From an uncultured Verrucomicrobiae bacterium (GTDB lineage: Bacteria; Verrucomicrobiota; Verrucomicrobiia; Chthoniobacterales; JAFAMB01), in the NCBI GenBank assembly GCA_963813025.1, contig CAWEXO010000005.1, positions 283,840 to 347,839 of the forward strand: a stretch of DNA of 64,000 nt, read 5' to 3'. The notes under the pieces were generated by a model. The model was given only the letters and a program-made list of their open reading frames with translations. It ran no database searches and was not told where the DNA came from. Shown one piece after another: positions 32,891-41,822 of the stretch (position 1 is the first letter of the stretch; the number at the start of each line of letters is the position of its first letter). The translations under genes and the position numbers were made by a program.

Positions 32891-33307
32891 TGTCGGAGAT
32901 GGCGCATTCTCGAATCGTGGACAAGTCGCGAGAAGCTAATCCTTCCTCCATTTTTTCAAGCTGAGAGGCCCGGAGGTCGCGAACATGATGTTCGGTTCGA
33001 CCAAGGCCTTTGGTACAAGTTCACTAAGCCTTGGTGTGCAGGCTATACGGTCGATGCAAGCCACGATCAGATTTGCATGCTTCCCGCAACCCCGCTCCAA
33101 TACCTACTAAGATGGCGGATCGCCAACAAGGAACTCGGGGACAACGTCCGGTTAATGGGTATCGCAAAATCGAACGCGGGATGCAGGCTTGTGATTTCTC
33201 AGCCCGATATTGTGGGTGAGGAGCCTTCGTGGGAGCAGGTCGACCACCTATTCACAGCCGAATACGGCATGAATCGGTCCGATTATCTGAGCAGCCTAAC
33301 CATCTGA
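32795..33307 (+). CDS. Polyvalent-protein-kinase-like domain protein (probably partial)
   Basis: GGREHDV...K.TK...ATPLQYL.RW..AN...GD.V...G...VISQP. Confidence 0.55.
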   Translation: MINECGLPDPGPGNDCNDVIRMKESLLGHEEACRRWRILESWTSREKLILPPFFQAERPGGREHDVRFDQGLWYKFTKPWCAGYTVDASHDQICMLPATPLQYLLRWRIANKELGDNVRLMGIAKSNAGCRLVISQPDIVGEEPSWEQVDHLFTAEYGMNRSDYLSSLTI

Positions 33308-33482
33308 AAATCTGAAAGGGATAATCGGTGCCTACTTCTGCCCTCCTGGCTTCTTCCTCGGCCTGCCTTTGGGCCATCCGCCCAGCTTGCCGATACGGGA
33401 CATTTCTTTGGGATCTTTCTTTTTAGCTTGGCTGCGAACACTGCCAAGCTGCCTAGCGACCTCGCGCCGCACCGGCGTTTGC

Positions 33483-33992
33483 TCAGCCCCGAGAAAGCAA
33501 CTCGAAGCTCAGGGCATAATTGTAAAGCTTAAAGCAGCGTTTGGGAGAATCCCGCATTAATCCCAGTGCCATATTACATGGATGGCACAGAAGGGAACGC
33601 ACCCCGTTTGTTGCATGGCAATGATCAGTTACCGGTTTGAGCTTGTCGGTAAACTTGTCACTGCAGCTATGCACCCACATGGGGCTTAACACCTTTGTGC
33701 TAGTCCCTGTACCGGGACCTGCCCAGCCTTGCATTACAAATGAAGCCTGAACAGTCATGCCCGCCTTTACAGGAAAGGTTCGTCTAAATAATCCTTCCGG
33801 ATCTGCGAGGCTTAATTCCAAGGTGTATGCATGAGTGTCGTCCGAGAACGATTCTTTGTAGCAGAGGTTAAGCAGATGATTTGTTACCAGTGCCGTCCAG
33901 TCATTTCCCGCAACAGCGATAGACAAAGACACCTTCCGTGCTGGCTGGGCCAGCGTTCCGATGATTGAGTCGGTTAAACTAGGTGCAGCCAT
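33483..33992 (-). pseudogene. Truncated phage baseplate hub (P2 gpD-like) fused to an endonuclease VII fragment
   Basis: Follows the tape measure; G.D.T...L..L.Y.E......LEL.L.D..G pattern, then abruptly DHCH....R.LLC..CN.ALG. Confidence 0.6.
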
Positions 33993-33998
33993 GCTCAG

Positions 33999-36113
33999 CT
34001 AGACAACCGCTTCAGACGCCATCCCCCACTTATGGTGTCTACTAAGATAATCGGAAAAAGTTTGTATATGTTCAGTCAAAACCCGATGAACCCCGGAACT
34101 GTCCATTGCGCTGACCACAGGTGCATAACGAATGTGCACTTGCGTGCCTTTAAATATGTCTTCGTTCGACGGATTCCCACTGCCGGTTGTGTCCTTCCAG
34201 GTATGGTATTGGTTATCCTTGTCACTCTTATAGCGGTCGCCGGGCTTAATTCCGTAATGCCTGATCGCATAATCGGGCTTCATCGCTGCGTCGCCAGTTT
34301 GCAAGCTGTATTGCTTGCCCAGAATATGACCGATGCCGTTGAACGAGTCCTTGTCGTAGTACGCCGATCCCTTTGGATCAATTGCGGGACCGTATTCGGT
34401 AAAGTCAGAAGTGCTTCCGTGCGCCTGAAGCCCTTGACCTGGAACATAACCGTTGCCCTGACCGCGACCCTGAGGAAGCGCGTCCCGAAGCTGCTGCATG
34501 CTATTAGTTAATTGATCAACCGTGTCCTTTTGCCGCTGTTCCGCGTCAATTAGACTTTGTTTAGCATTCTGAATGTCAGCGTCATTTGCGCCAGCGTTTA
34601 TCAAAGAATTGAGTTTGTCTTGCGCGTCACGAATCTGTTGCGATTGTACAAACGGAGGCGCACTGGCGTTCTCTGGCGCTTCTGGTCCGTGCACCTTTCC
34701 GGAATACTTGTCCCAGTCTTCCCAGAACTTTTTTATGTCATGCGATTTAAAGTCCGCATAAAGTTCTGTGATCGCTTTTAGTGTAGTAAACGCTTCAACA
34801 AAAAAGTCTTTCATCCCTTGCCATGAAGCCTTGGCTAAATCCTGAACTAAACTAGACGTTACCAACTTAGACATTTCGGCCAGAACGTCCGTCATGTTCT
34901 TGACAATGGTCCGCACCGCCCCGACGCCAGTGTCATTTAACGCAAGCACGTTACCTTGGTTAGGAATTTCGACGGTCGTAAAAAACGAATTGACGTACTT
35001 GGTAAAGCTACGGATGGACCCCTGAAATGCGTCAATGAACGGCTTGAACTTGCCAAAAATTTCTGTGGACGGCAGGGTTGTTAGGACCGAAAGCACAGAC
35101 TTGGACATTTGCCTGAAATGACCCATCCAGGAAGTAGCTTGGTTCCACATGTCATTGTTAACCGCAAAATCCGCAGCGACAGCGGCCCAGTCATTGATTA
35201 CTTCACCAAAATTTGCCTGGAATTTATGCCAGACATCGAGGAACGAAGTCTCTAAGCCGACCATCGTCTTAGAGAAGTTTAGCATCCCATCGTGGAATAT
35301 TCCGCCCGAATCGGTCATTTGCTTGACCATCTGCATGACCACATCAGCAGTGACCTTGCCCTGCTTTTGCATCTTGGCCAGTTCCTCTGGGCCTTTCGCC
35401 CCTAGAATCTGCGCTAGGGTTTTCTCATACGGAATTCCTAAATCCTTTAACTCGCGGCCTTCCTGGCCAGTCATTCTTCCGCCGGCTATAATCTTACCAA
35501 ACGCCAGTGCTGCCCTCTCCATGGCTTCAGCCCCGCCACCAACACCCGCCACGATGTCGCCAGAGCGTTTCGTCAGCCATTCGGCCATGTTGGCATCAGC
35601 CCCTGCTGCAACGTATCGTTTGACGGTCTGTTGCAAATCAGTGGCCTGGAATGGCGACAGAATGGCCGTTGCTTGTTGCCGTTCCATAATAGCATTAGCC
35701 AATCCTTGATCGCCAAGAATGTTTCCCAGACCTTTAGACATTAACTCGCGCTTGGCCGCCAGCTCGCTGGCTTGGTGCCCAAATTCTATTAACTTTTCTC
35801 CGATCCTCTCCGCAACCCCCAGCGCTCTCTCGAACCCGGACGCGAGTAAATCACCGACCGCGACACCGCCGGCTATCTCTCCGATCCGCCGCATGGAGGC
35901 GCCAAGTTGTTGCGACATGGATTGCGTGACCCGGATTCTGGCATTCAGCTGTTGAACAGCAGCCGCATCGCCGTAAATAGCTTTTTCATTCTTTTTCCAC
36001 TCCTGTGATAATTTCCGAATGTACTCAGCACCCCTTGCCATGGCTGCGACCACGGACGGATCAATGTGACCAGTCAGTAGGATCTGAGTATCAAGAACTT
36101 TCGAATTTGCCAT
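33999..36113 (-). CDS. Phage tape measure protein
   Basis: Ala/Gly-rich helical protein; SPF...DL...; ALAFGKI.A.G..TGQE.REL..GIP; G..FHDGM...SKT..GL tape-measure core. Confidence 0.85.
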   Translation of the reverse strand: MANSKVLDTQILLTGHIDPSVVAAMARGAEYIRKLSQEWKKNEKAIYGDAAAVQQLNARIRVTQSMSQQLGASMRRIGEIAGGVAVGDLLASGFERALGVAERIGEKLIEFGHQASELAAKRELMSKGLGNILGDQGLANAIMERQQATAILSPFQATDLQQTVKRYVAAGADANMAEWLTKRSGDIVAGVGGGAEAMERAALAFGKIIAGGRMTGQEGRELKDLGIPYEKTLAQILGAKGPEELAKMQKQGKVTADVVMQMVKQMTDSGGIFHDGMLNFSKTMVGLETSFLDVWHKFQANFGEVINDWAAVAADFAVNNDMWNQATSWMGHFRQMSKSVLSVLTTLPSTEIFGKFKPFIDAFQGSIRSFTKYVNSFFTTVEIPNQGNVLALNDTGVGAVRTIVKNMTDVLAEMSKLVTSSLVQDLAKASWQGMKDFFVEAFTTLKAITELYADFKSHDIKKFWEDWDKYSGKVHGPEAPENASAPPFVQSQQIRDAQDKLNSLINAGANDADIQNAKQSLIDAEQRQKDTVDQLTNSMQQLRDALPQGRGQGNGYVPGQGLQAHGSTSDFTEYGPAIDPKGSAYYDKDSFNGIGHILGKQYSLQTGDAAMKPDYAIRHYGIKPGDRYKSDKDNQYHTWKDTTGSGNPSNEDIFKGTQVHIRYAPVVSAMDSSGVHRVLTEHIQTFSDYLSRHHKWGMASEAVV

Positions 36114-36116
36114 AAC

Positions 36117-36332
36117 TTAAATTCCGTTCCTAACAATTCGTTTTAGTCGCTTTGACAACTGCATTGTTCTGCGCCGAATGTCCACCGGCCTAAGTGCGCG
36201 AGTGTCTGTCTGCGGATCGTGCAGACTTCGAATCGCTAACCGAATTAGACTATCGACCGTAGCACTTCCACCATCCGGAAAGAGGATAGCATTGCATTGG
36301 TTCGCGCTAAGTCGGTGCATCTTAGTCATCAT
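36117..36332 (-). CDS. Small hypothetical protein upstream of the tape measure
   Basis: Co-oriented and 3 bp from the tape-measure start. Confidence 0.45.
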   Translation of the reverse strand: MMTKMHRLSANQCNAILFPDGGSATVDSLIRLAIRSLHDPQTDTRALRPVDIRRRTMQLSKRLKRIVRNGI

Positions 36333-36530
36333 GTTTAGTTTCTAAGAAAAAGGGAAGCTAGCTGCGAGAAAAAACCAAAGCACAACTAGCTGGTAACACT
36401 AGGTTACTGAAAGATAAGGTTTTCATTCTTATTTTAGGACCCCCCTTCCCGGGGATAGAACCGAAAGGGGAGCTGTGTTGAACATCAACAGTTAATGCCA
36501 ACGTTTCGCCCCGTTGGCTGGGCCCATTTG

Positions 36531-36764
36531 TTACCGTGTGGTTAAATCTAAACTTGTTGTTGAATAAGGGACACCTTCCCTTGTGCGTTTGTACAAACTT
36601 CTAATTTCTTCTTGCGTCAGCCTTTGGTTCCGTTTGACAATGTAAGTTCTGCCCGAACCATGCAAAATTACATCACGCAAAATATAACGCTTCTCTGCAG
36701 CGGTTAATTTGTGGTGATCGCATTTAACCGAAATATCAGCTAAATGTTGTTCAGGAGTTGTCAT
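36531..36764 (-). CDS. Small hypothetical protein downstream of the capsid gene
   Basis: ATG immediately after the capsid stop codon. Confidence 0.5.
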   Translation of the reverse strand: MTTPEQHLADISVKCDHHKLTAAEKRYILRDVILHGSGRTYIVKRNQRLTQEEIRSLYKRTREGVPYSTTSLDLTTR

Positions 36765-36765
36765 G

Positions 36766-37902
36766 TTATTGCGCTGCGCTATCTTCAGACCGCACAACTG
36801 CTGGTCCATAAAGCACTCCGAAGTCACAGAGGACATTGATGTTAACATCTACATCGAACACCGACGTAAATGGATTTACACAAATATCGAAGCCCCACAC
36901 GCCCACGACTACTGAACTTGCGCGCAAAAAAATAGCTTGATGGGTCGATGACAGGTTCTCGGTCGTAATAACAGGATAACCAGCCACCTTGTTATCTTCC
37001 AGCAAGTATCTGGGATAAGTAGCAACCTTTACGGTGGTGGACCATTTGTTCCAGGTGGCGCCGTCTATAAGCCATGCATTTGTGCCATCTTCGACCACGT
37101 TAGCCTGTTTAAGTGCGGCCGGCATGCTAACAAGCTTGGCCCAAGTAGCCGTAGCCCCGAAGGTCACACCTTGATAGTTAAGCTTTGAAAGATCGCTATT
37201 TGAAACACTGTTCTCGGTCATACCTAGCAAGCCGGTAATGGGACTCCCTGTTCCGGTCAAAAAATAGTTGTCCAGCTTGGCACCAATGGACCGCATAATC
37301 TCCCGTCTGATCGCATGCTCAGCGTCAATATTTGACTGAGCCAACAATTGCTTACTGATTCTGGTTTCGATTCCCACGCGTTTAGCGGATAAGCTGAGCG
37401 TACTAAACGTTCCGTCGCCGGCGTCCGCCGTCAACGCTGCGGTTTCGGTCTGCTCCGCCGGGGCAAAGTCTGTTGCCATACGTGGCCAGCTGACTTGACC
37501 GACTAATCCATCCAGGACGGTTGCGCCTGCCGCAATCAAAGCCGAATAAGGTCTTAGTGCTGTGGCCAGATCCTTTCGCACAGTTGTCTGCACCAAATTT
37601 CCGCCAACATTGGCTGTTCCCACGACAAGATCACGAGTTAGAATCTCGGATGGAACCATTAACCCAAGTGCCGGCTGGCCGATTTCGCGGGAGATCCCTT
37701 CAGATACTTCGCATTCGTAGGTGCGCTTGTCCATGAACCCAGGGCCGGCGACAAGGTAGTCGCGCAAGCTGTAGGACCGTTCGCCGAGACTAACAGCAGC
37801 GCTGCTTTGGTAAGGACCGACACTGAATGGATTGCGCCGTTCGGACAACCCCGACAAGGGCAAGGTCACAATGTTAGTTTGGAGAATTTCGTTTTTGGTC
37901 AT
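36766..37902 (-). CDS. Phage major capsid protein (HK97 fold)
   Basis: GGNLV.T, L..GA.VL.GL.G.V..P, ISKQLL.QS, GTG..P.GLL, GYPV. Confidence 0.85.
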   Translation of the reverse strand: MTKNEILQTNIVTLPLSGLSERRNPFSVGPYQSSAAVSLGERSYSLRDYLVAGPGFMDKRTYECEVSEGISREIGQPALGLMVPSEILTRDLVVGTANVGGNLVQTTVRKDLATALRPYSALIAAGATVLDGLVGQVSWPRMATDFAPAEQTETAALTADAGDGTFSTLSLSAKRVGIETRISKQLLAQSNIDAEHAIRREIMRSIGAKLDNYFLTGTGSPITGLLGMTENSVSNSDLSKLNYQGVTFGATATWAKLVSMPAALKQANVVEDGTNAWLIDGATWNKWSTTVKVATYPRYLLEDNKVAGYPVITTENLSSTHQAIFLRASSVVVGVWGFDICVNPFTSVFDVDVNINVLCDFGVLYGPAVVRSEDSAAQ

Positions 37903-38051
37903 AAAATCCGTATTGTTTTAACTTGGTCAGCGTCTTTCATCTTTTTGGCGATGCCTGCGAGTTTCTCATCCCGTCGGTCTTTTTCTAATTGTTCTTGCTG
38001 CCTGGCTAAGGCGAGTAAGTGTTTTTCTCGAGCTTTGGATATTGGTAGCAT
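37899..38051 (-). CDS. 50-aa coiled-coil-like protein coupled to the capsid gene (not in the ORF track)
   Basis: MLPISKAREKHLLALARQQEQLEKDRRDEKLAGIAKKMKDADQVKTIRIL*; stop overlaps the capsid ATG (ATGA). Confidence 0.55.
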   Translation of the reverse strand: MLPISKAREKHLLALARQQEQLEKDRRDEKLAGIAKKMKDADQVKTIRIL

Positions 38052-38055
38052 AAGG

Positions 38056-38253
38056 TTAGGTTATTCCGTAACGTGGTTTGGGGTCATTTCTGACCAATTT
38101 GCCGGTTTGCGGGTCTAGGAGATAAATTGCGACCTTCCGGCCATTAGACAAAAGAAGCGCCGCGTCAGCAGGACGTTTTTCAATTGTCCGATAGTGCTTT
38201 TTTTCTAGCTTCGCCGCGCCCCTTCGGGTTGCAAAAGTCATTCTTATAGCCAC
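38056..38253 (-). CDS. Small hypothetical protein
   Basis: Co-oriented, with AAGGA-like spacing to the next gene. Confidence 0.45.
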   Translation of the reverse strand: MAIRMTFATRRGAAKLEKKHYRTIEKRPADAALLLSNGRKVAIYLLDPQTGKLVRNDPKPRYGIT

Positions 38254-38510
38254 AAGGATAATTACCGCGCATTTCGGGGCAGGTGCGGCAAGGATGGACG
38301 CGGGTGCAGCATGGTTGCAACCTCTACAAGCTACTGGATTGTTTCGGCAGCCTTCAATAGCACACGGGACAAGAAGTCGCCCGAGTGTAGGAAGTGCAAG
38401 ATCCGAGCGAGCAGCTACGCGAAAACTACGAAAAAAACAGGGAATCCATGCTTGTCCGCAAGCGCGAGTACCGAAAGAAAGAACGTCAAGCCAAACAGCT
38501 CGCCCTTACC

Positions 38511-39101
38511 TCAGTCCGGATCAATGTCCGCCAACAGAGCCTCGCCCGTCGCTGCTTCCAGTTGAAGAATTTCGTGATTCTCTATCTCGCGGGCTATTTC
38601 CCTGATTTCGCCGTGGAGTTGGTGTTGAATTTGACGTTGGCGCAGACCCGCCAGCCATGAAAGATATTGTTCCCTGGCTAAACTAACCTCAAGCGCGGTT
38701 AAGTAGTACTCCTCTGGCAACTCGTCGGTGGTCATGTTATTTCCAGCCAACTCTTTTTCTTACGCTTTTCATTAAACCGCGAATAAAGACTCAAGAATCT
38801 TTGCACAGGATCAGATTCGAGAACTTCAAGTACATCGTTGTCCTTTGGCTTTGGCTTTGGCTTTGGTAACAGGCCGCAGTCCAGCCCGAGGTCCGCGTGG
38901 TTATTTGCCGATGACATAACCCTTGCGCCACTTCTTGACTATCCCCTCAAGCACCGGATCGATACTGGTAGGTTGCAAAGGAAGTTGATGGGTGGACTCA
39001 GCATAAGTCTTTGGCGTCCGGTCTTTTTCCAGTGCCCGCACCTTGCGTTGCAATTCCTGGACCAATTGCTTTAGCTTCAGGATTTCAGATTCGGTATTCA
39101 T
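38511..39101 (-). CDS. Three small overlapping hypothetical ORFs (38511-38750, 38732-38917, 38901-39101)
   Basis: Tightly packed and co-oriented, typical of phage or satellite operons. Confidence 0.45.
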
Positions 39102-39322
39102 GCTGCTGCCATCAGTCTCGCACGCTTGGCTCGGAGCTTAGATCTGTATTTCCGCATATTAGCTGCAGCCCTCGCGTTAAATTCCTTAACACCGTAGCGG
39201 AGTTTATATTCGAGGTGCAGGGCATGCTGGCAATCCCGGCAAATAGTCCTGTCCGAATTAAACGCAGAGAACGGTTTGAGGTGTTGACAGCGGAAACACT
39301 CGTTTAGTAGTTGCCGTTTCAT
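39098..39322 (-). CDS. CxxC...CxxC zinc-ribbon protein
   Basis: CFRC..LKP.SAF....CRDC plus a basic helix. Confidence 0.6.
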   Translation of the reverse strand: MKRQLLNECFRCQHLKPFSAFNSDRTICRDCQHALHLEYKLRYGVKEFNARAAANMRKYRSKLRAKRARLMAAA

Positions 39323-39408
39323 TATCTTAGATAATTACACATAACCGCCTTTGTAATTGGGTTGTCATTCCAGAAAGCGTCACATTGTCACACTCGACAA
39401 TAAAACCA

Positions 39409-39448
39409 GAGTCGCCGACTCGCACTTAAAAAGCCTCAGGAAGGACCC
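39409..39448 (-). other. Lambda-like cos site (cosQ plus cosN-like palindrome)
   Basis: Minus strand: GGGTCCT, 20 nt, then GAGTCGGCGACTC, then TGGTTTT. Confidence 0.6.
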
Positions 39449-39895
39449 GCCAAAATTCTGTTATGGTCCGCCATGAAGGATAAATACAGATACGCAATCC
39501 ACTTCCTTTAAAGTTCCAGCTGCCGAAATGACAGTGGTCACAATAGTCTGCGAAACTGTTGGAACCTACCGACGCCCGGGAAGCTTTGAGAATAAACCTC
39601 GAAGATCTTCTGGCTGGCCCTTTTGCCATGGTCCGTGTAGAACAAATCAGTATTCAAAAGTGGATAGCCCCACAGAGCTATCTAAGACTGCCGAACAAAC
39701 TAAGGTGCGGATCTTTTGGCTGGGCGAATCTCCTGGAATGGGCTGCCGATCGCTTTGCGGTTCCTTGAAGATAAGCAGCGACAGCGGCATCCACTTGGAC
39801 AAACCCGGCAATGCACGAATCGCACGCCAGAACGTATTCGTGCTTTGATAGCGGCACCCGGAAAAGCTTAATGTTCATACTTCAATGGCCCGATG

Positions 39896-40294
39896 TCATC
39901 TCGGCCAGAAACCCTCTAGGAACGATTTTGGGCTATCCTGAACATTTTGTGCTTTGTCGGAACCGCTGATCGGCGTGTCAACGAGGCCTACCCCCTGCTT
40001 GTCCAAGAACGCCCGGATAGCAAAGGAGTATTTGGTGTTCATCGCCCTTCGGCCGACCAGACATTCTTGCAGACGTCTTTGGTTTATGCCGATCGCCTTG
40101 GCCGCGACCGTTTTGCGACCATACTTCTGTAAACACCAGAGACGAAGCTTTTCTAGTGGATTTGCCTCTTCCCCTTTGAGGATATTGCGAATTTGCGAAA
40201 CGGGTACGGTAAATCTGATGGCTATTTCTTCACGGGAGAACCCCTTCCCGGCGAAGTCTAAGCATTGTCTGAGCCGCCTGCCAGCTGTGTTCAT
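39896..40294 (-). CDS. HTH-like DNA-binding protein
   Basis: SREEIA.RF.VP.SQIRNI and AAKAIGINQRRL helix-turn-helix-like segments. Confidence 0.55.
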   Translation of the reverse strand: MNTAGRRLRQCLDFAGKGFSREEIAIRFTVPVSQIRNILKGEEANPLEKLRLWCLQKYGRKTVAAKAIGINQRRLQECLVGRRAMNTKYSFAIRAFLDKQGVGLVDTPISGSDKAQNVQDSPKSFLEGFWPR

Positions 40295-40829
40295 ACCGCG
40301 CCACTTTCGCGGAGCCTCTCGATTTCATTCCGTCCGTCACCAATTGAGCCGCATTCTGTAATTCCAGTTCTTTCGTCGCACGGCTTCTGGCCCTCTCGCC
40401 TTTCAGCGCATTAGCTTCACCCTTAAGTTCTCGTTCTTGTTCGCCCTTCAGTGCATGGATAAGATTCGGCTTACAACCAGACGCAACCAGAGAGAGATTA
40501 AGAAGCTTCCGATGATAAACGTCTTTCAAGTAAAGCCTTTTCTCGATTTCCAGCCTCAACCCGTAGCCGACGCTTTCTAATTCTTCGGTAGTCCAGCGTT
40601 GGAACGTAAGAATCTTGCGCTTCTTCCGGATATACGCATCGGCCAAAAAGCTCGCCCGATCCGCTAGCGTGAATAATGGCTTGTTGCCGAGATATTCGTT
40701 GCACTCTTTACAACAAGGGACTGTCTCGCCGGGTCGGTGGGTTCTGTAGACCGAACTCCAGGAAACCGGAACCACATGATCCCGGCATTGAAAATAGTCT
40801 CCGCAGTAGGTGCAGCATTTCGACCCCAC
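40230..40829 (-). CDS. HNH endonuclease
   Basis: CTYCG...DHVVP...VPCCKECN...G.K. Confidence 0.85.
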   Translation of the reverse strand: MGSKCCTYCGDYFQCRDHVVPVSWSSVYRTHRPGETVPCCKECNEYLGNKPLFTLADRASFLADAYIRKKRKILTFQRWTTEELESVGYGLRLEIEKRLYLKDVYHRKLLNLSLVASGCKPNLIHALKGEQERELKGEANALKGERARSRATKELELQNAAQLVTDGMKSRGSAKVARYEHSWQAAQTMLRLRREGVLP

Positions 40830-41282
40830 CCATTCCAGGGCGTGTCAACCCTGTATTCCTGGGCGGCCGATTTAAGCAACGTTTACGTCCCCAACGTCCC
40901 GGGATACCTGAACAGCGCTAAAAGCCCGCCAGAAACCGTTTAAACGCCAATGAGCCGGCATTGAGGCACCATTAAGCCCGTTGCGTTTCCGACAAGGTGG
41001 TCGCTGCCACTAATTGTTCTGCCATACCGCAAATCTTGGCCATTTTCTGACAATTGCCCCGTACTGAGAAAACTCTTTTGAAAACGATTCTGGTCTGTGA
41101 AAAGGGTCACAAGCTGCGCATAGGACGTTTGGGACGCATGTTTACCGCACCCGCTAGCGCCATGACGGAACTTCTGTCGTAGCATTTCCAGGTTAAAAGG
41201 GCGGGACTGGCACGAGATCAAATGGTCTAGGATTAACCACCTAGATCAAAATGATCTATCTGCTGGTCCCCCAAGACGTCCG

Positions 41283-41489
41283 CTACCCTTCACCCGCAAG
41301 ACCGACTGCAGCATGGCGGGAATGGCCCAAAGCGATTCGCGCAGCCAGCCGCAGAGTCCGATTTTCTTCCCTCAGTGCAATCAGTTTTGGTTCGAAAATT
41401 GAGCGAGCAGTCTGAAGGCCTGCAAATTGACCCTGTAGAAACAGATCCGGCTCCGACTTAGTTTTAAGCTTCATAAGCGATTGTACCAA
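41283..41489 (-). CDS. Small hypothetical protein
   Basis: Co-oriented short ORF. Confidence 0.35.
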   Translation of the reverse strand: MVQSLMKLKTKSEPDLFLQGQFAGLQTARSIFEPKLIALREENRTLRLAARIALGHSRHAAVGLAGEG

Positions 41490-41568
41490 TAAATACTTTT
41501 AGGCCACAAGTGTCAACCGCCCCCCTTAAGGATCAACCGCAAGGAAGGGGGCCAAAAATGGAATCTAT

Positions 41569-41621
41569 TTCCTTTAAACTTCGTAATTCCTTTAAACTTC
41601 GTAATTCCTTTAAACTTCGTA
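41569..41621. repeat. Three tandem 18-bp iterons, candidate replication origin
   Basis: TTCCTTTAAACTTCGTAA x3 (last copy 17/18), in AT-rich DNA just downstream of the primase-helicase. Confidence 0.75.
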
Positions 41622-41822
41622 TTTTTGCGAAATCTTAGATTACTTTCAATTCTGAGAGCCCGAGACCGAGGTACGAGCAGCGTCAGCCCACCATAAGTGG
41701 GGGGTGTGTAATTTATTACACCCCCTGCTGGTACCGTGGGTCTTGTCGTATTGGTATTTAGTTTAGTGTCACTTTTTCTCTAAGGAACTGAAACCTGAAA
41801 CTAAAGCCAAACTTACCTAGAT

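Noticed and set aside
36430..36480. Third GGGTCCT (cosQ-like) match after the capsid gene
   Set aside because: Not followed by a cosN-like CGGCG core; it is part of a GC-rich hairpin.
38843..38866. (TTTGGC)n short tandem repeat
   Set aside because: Encodes a PKPKPKPK linker in a small ORF; in-frame, so no phase-variation signal.
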